NCBI GenBank assembly: GCA_004431415.1
Contig: QPMI01000221.1
Location: 15,546-79,545 of the forward strand
Direction of reading: 5' to 3'
Length of the DNA: 64,000 nucleotides
Source: Cyanophora paradoxa CCMP329
Lineage: Eukaryota > Plantae > Glaucophyta
Shown here: positions 59,453 to 64,000 of the stretch, one piece after another
How positions within the stretch are numbered: the stretch's first letter is position 1
Layout of the letters: each line of letters opens with the position of its first letter
Position numbers and translations under genes: made by a program
Notes under the pieces: generated by a model
Database searches by the model: none
Seen by the model: the letters and a program-made list of their open reading frames with translations, nothing else
What the model was told of the DNA's origin: nothing

Positions 59453-62400
59453 ATGGCCGTACCGACCAGCGCGGGTCCCGCGCCCGAGTCGAGCTTCTGG
59501 CGGTCCGAGAGCATGCAGCTGGTGCAGATCTTCATCCCGCTCGAAGCTGCACACTGCACTATGGACGAACTTGGAAAAGTTCGTCCGCTCACTTTGACAT
59601 TGCACAGCGTAGTGCAGTTACAGTGCACGCGTAGTGCATAGTCCCTTGAGTGCTTTCGTCGTATGCTGACCGCGCTCTCCACCGCAGGTTGGCTGCCTCC
59701 ATCTCCGCGACGTGCGTTGCCCTCCTAGCCGCCCAAACGGCGGCCAGCCTCCTTGACCAGCCGCCCGCGCCTGGGGCGCTCCTGAACCGCGCGAGCAGAT
59801 GAATTACGGGCGCTCTCCCTTCCAGCGCGGCTTCGCGGACACGATCAAGCTCTGCGACGACATGGAGCGCACGCTGCGCTTCTTCGAGGAGGAGATCGCC
59901 AAGGCCGGCCTCCCGAAGAAGTCGGGCCGCGACCTCCCCGCCAACGACGTCTCCGTGCAGGCGCTCCGGGTCCGCCCCGCCCTCCCGGCCCCCCGCCGCC
60001 GGTCGCCCCGCCGGCCCCGCCCGACGCCCCGCGGCAGGGCGTCCTGCACGACCTCGAGGCGGACGTGCGGCGCATGAACGGCAACTACACGCTCCTGAAG
60101 CAGAACTACAACGAGCTCATCGAGCTGAGCCACGTCCTCAAGAAGGCGCAGGACATCTTCGAGGTCCGCCGGCGCCGCCCCGCCCCGTCCCGCGCCGCCC
60201 GCCCCGCGCGGCGGCGAGGCGAGCGCGGGGCCGCCTTAGAACACGGAGTCGAGCATCGTGCGCTCGGTCACGGCGAGCTACATCGGGAGGGGCGAGGTCG
60301 GCCGCGCACGCCTCGGGTGCGCGACGCGCCCCGCGAGCGGCGGCGGCGCCGCCGCCGCCGCCGCCGACGGGCCGGCGGGGCGGGCAGGTACATCTCGGGG
60401 TGGTGAACCGGGACAAGATGGGCGGGCTGGAGCGCCTCTGCTTCCGCGCCCTTCGCGGCATCATGTACCTCCGCTCGCGGTGCGCCCGCCGGCCGCCCGC
60501 CGGCCCTCCGCCCCGCCCCGCCCCCGATCGACCCGCCGCGCCGCAGCGACGTCGCTGAGCCGATCTCCGACCCATCACGGTGCGGCGCCCCGCCATTCCT
60601 CCCGCGCCGGGCCGGTCGAGCTGCCGGCGCAGAACGAGCCGGTCTCGAAGGCGGTCTTCATCGTGTTCTTCCAGGCGAGACGGCGCGCAACAAGCTCACC
60701 AAGATCTGCGACGCCATGGGCGTCCACCAGTGCGGCCCGCCCTGCCCCCCCCCCCCCCTCATCTGAGCCGCCCCCGCCTCCCCGCAGGTACCACTACCGG
60801 AGGACGGGCGGAGCGGGAGCTGATGCTCGACGACGTCGAGCGCCGCGTCGCCGACGTCCGCTCCGTGCGCCCCTCCCCGTGCCCCTCCCCGCCCCCGCTC
60901 CCGGCCCCGGGCCTGAGGGGGCGGGGGGCAGGTGATCGAGCAGACGGACGTGCAGCGGAAGTCGCTGCTGGAGGACCTCGCCGCGCAGCTCGCCGGCTGG
61001 CAGAAGCGCGTCCTCCGCGTGCGCCGCGCCCCTCCCAAGGGGGCCGGAGGGGGCGGCCTCCAAGCCGCGCCGGCTCACGGCGGGGCGCGCAGGAGGCGGC
61101 GATCGCGCACGCGCTGAACCACTTCGCGTCGGGGGCCGACCTCCTCTCCGCCCCCTCGTGCACCCCCGGCTCGGGGGCCGCCCCGGCCCCGGCCCCGCAG
61201 CCGGCCGCCCTCGAGATGGCCTCCAAGGAGAGGAGCGCCCGGGAGAAGGACGGGGCGAGCCGCAAGCGCGTCATGGTCGGCGAGGCCTGGTGCCCCGTCG
61301 ACCGCATCGACGACGTCCGGGTACCCCCTCACGCTCCCTTCTTCCCGCCCCCGCCCCCGCCGACGCCGCGGCGCCCCTGCGCAGGTGGCGCTGCTGATCG
61401 GGCAGCGGCGCTCGGGGGTCTCCGTGCCGTCCGTGCTGAACGCGATCAAGCCTCGGGGCGCGGCGGACCACCCGCCGACGCTCTTCAAGGCGAACAAGTT
61501 CACGCGGGCCTTCCAGGAGATCGTCGACGCGTACGGCGTCGCCCGTTACCGCGAGATCAACCCCGGTACCCCCGCCCCCTGGGAGGGGGGGCCCGACGGC
61601 TGACGCCTGGGGCCTCGGCCGCGCGCGCGGGGGGCAGCGGTGCTGACGTGCGTGACGTTCCCGTTCCTGTTCGGGGTGATGTTCGGGGACGTCGGCCACG
61701 GCCTCCTCATGCTCGCCTTCGCCCTCTTCCTCGTCCTCCGGGCCCGCCCCGCCCCGCCCCGCCCGCCCCGCCCGCCCCCGCCCCGGCGCCAAGGCTGAGG
61801 CCCGCCGCCCGCCCCGCAGGAGCGCGCCCTCGCCGCAAGCCCCTCAACGAGGCCCGCCCCCTCCCGTCCGGACGGCCCGCCGCCGCCGGCCTTGCCTGAG
61901 CGGCGCCGCTCGCCGCAGATGGTGGAGATGGCGTTCGCGGGCCGCTACGTGCTCCTCCTCATGGCCTCTTCTCCATCTATGCCGTGCGCCCCGCCCCCGC
62001 CGCGCGCCGCCGCCCGGGAGAGCCTCCGCCGCTGACCGGAGCCCGCTGCCCCCCCGCCCGCCCGCCGCCTGCGCAGGGCTTCATGTACAACGACTGTGCG
62101 CCTCGCCTCGCCCCCCGCCGCCCGCCCGCCCTCCGCCCGCCCCAGCCTCGCCCTCTGACGCCGGCGCGCGTCCCCGGGGGCAGTCTTCGCGCTGGCGTTC
62201 GACCTCTTCGGGTCCGCTACAGATGGGCGAGCGTGCGCGCCCTCCCCTCCCCTCCCCTCCCTCCCGGGCCCTCCTGCCATCGGGGCGCCCGCCCGGCCCT
62301 GAAGCGCGGTCCCGGGCGCGCAGGAGGGGCGAAGAAGTCGCGAGCTGCGGGGCAGCTGCAGGACGTGCGCCCCCGCCGGCGCCGTCCCGCCGGCCGCCTG

Positions 62401-64000
62401 CGGCCGCCGGCCCTGACAGGCGCGGGCGCGCCGGCGCTCAGTACCCGGTGGGGGTGGACCCCGTGTGGAAGGGCTCCAACGAGGAGCTGCCCTTCTACAA
62501 CTCCATGAAGATGAAGGCCGCCCGCCCCCGCGCCCCGGCTCCCCGGCCGCCGCGCTCAGCGCCGTCGCGTGCGCCCCGCAGATGTCGATCGTGCTGGGGG
62601 TCGTCCACATGTGCACCGGCGTCTCCTCTCCGCGTCAACTACGCGCCTCGGGCCAGGCGAGCCGGCGCCGCCCCGCCCGCCGCGCACTCGTCGGGGCGGG
62701 GGCTGACGCGGGGGCGCGGGGCGCGCAGGCGGGGCGCATCCTCACGGACTTCCTGCCCCAGATCCTCTACATGCTCTCCATCTTCGGTCCGCCCGCCGCC
62801 CCCGCGGCCCCTCCCTCGCGCCTTCTGAGCGGCCGGCCGGCCGGCGGGCGGGCGGGCAGGTACCTCGTCTTCCTGATCATCTCAAGTGGTGCACGCCGTG
62901 GGTGGCCAGGGGCGGCGCGCCCGGACCTCATCCGCGTCATGATCGAGATGTTCCTCCCGCCCTCAAGGCCCGCCCCGCCATCCAGCTTGAGCCAGCGCGC
63001 CCTTCGCCCGCCTGACGGCGGGGCGGGGCAGGTGAAGGAGCCGTTCTAACGCGCACCAGCAGGAGGTCCAGCGGGCGCTGCTGGCGGTCGCCCTCCTCTC
63101 CGTCCTCTACATGCTCACCCCGAAGCCCGTCGGCGCCAACCTCGCCAAGCTCTTCCAGGCGAGCCAGCGGGCCCGCGCCCGCCCCGCGCCCTCCCCCACT
63201 TGTGCTGAGCGGGGCGGCGGCGGGGGCGGCAGGCGTGCGGGCGCTGCTGCGGGGTGCGGCGCCTGCCGGGGGCGCCCTCGCGCGGCGGCGGGGCGGGCGG
63301 GCGCACAGGGGCCCTCGGGCCCCGGCTCGACGACGAGCGAGGAGAGCTACCTCTCCCCGGATGGCGGCTCCGGCGCCGAGGGCGGGCCGCAACCCCGCAC
63401 GGCCGCGCCGCCCGCGGGGGCGCCGGCGGCCGCACCTGCCGGGGACGCCCCCGCCGTGCTCCTAGCCGATCGCGGAGGGCGACCCGTCGCCCACGCACGC
63501 CAGCGACGCCACCAGCGACGCGGCAGCGAGCTCGGCGACGACGTGCGCGCGTACCCCCGCCCCGCCCCTCCCCGTCCCTCCCCGATCCCGGGCGGCGCAG
63601 AGCAGCGCGGCTGGACGAGGGCTTCTCGGGCGAGGCGATGGCCACGACCCGACTCGGCCACGACGTGCGCCGCTGCCGCGTACCCCTGCCGGGACGCGCG
63701 CGGCTTGGAAATGACGTACCCTCCCAGGAGCACGACGACGGGCTCGTGCACCAGCTGATCCACGCCGTGGAGTTCATCCTGGGGGGTATCCAACACCGCC
63801 TCCTACCTCCGCCTCTGGCCCTCTCCTCGCCCACGCCGGTGCGGGCCCCACCTCGTACCCAATTTGAGAGCCGTACCCCCCCTCACGCGCGCGGCAGAGC
63901 TCTCGCACGTGTTCCTGGAGCGCGTCCTCTTCTACGCGGTCAAGAAGTCTCCTCGGGCATCTTCGGCCCGTCGCCGTCTTCGTCGCCTTCGCCGTCTGGG
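59453..64000 (+). CDS. VHA-a: V-type H+-ATPase V0 subunit a (3' end beyond the window)
   Basis: [80 protein letters not shown]|[22 protein letters not shown]; more than 20 short introns. Confidence 0.97.

Noticed and set aside
1-64000. Most long six-frame ORFs rich in R/P/G/A
   Set aside because: They arise from stop-codon scarcity at very high GC and from reading through introns or antisense strands. Only exon chains with family motifs were accepted.

Overview
Eukaryotic nuclear DNA from a very GC-rich, intron-dense microbial eukaryote. Introns are short (50-170 nt), donors read GTGCGC/GTCCGC/GCCCGC/GCGAGC, and branch points are CTGAC-type. The style resembles the glaucophyte Cyanophora, but that is only an inference. 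Many apparent frameshifts sit in G/C homopolymers and look like long-read errors. The left ~19 kb holds three genes: (i) a spliced gene fusing Bro-N-like, Ulp1/C48 protease, tyrosine recombinase, C2HC zinc finger and AT-hook regions, (ii) a 5'-truncated TCF25/Rqc1 copy next to a 326-bp tandem array, and (iii) a spliced zf-4CXXC_R1 + AlkB + SRA fusion gene. Positions 19.2-33.1 kb and 43.8-49.7 kb are transposon nests: TA-flanked MITEs, a non-autonomous hAT with an 8-bp TSD, three loci of a Helitron/HINE-like element that appears to insert into its own 5' end, and a young gag-only LTR element with antisense tRNA-like sequences plus three PBS-like and three anti-PBS motifs. Ordinary host genes are a HAD-IIB hydrolase, an M41-like pseudopeptidase, phosphopantetheine adenylyltransferase, a transmembrane RING-H2 ligase and V-ATPase subunit a. 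Paralogous repeat copies show a recurrent mutation in which a trinucleotide X becomes X-revcomp(X)-X (+6 nt). This would explain the palindromic 6-periodic texture of the intergenic DNA.
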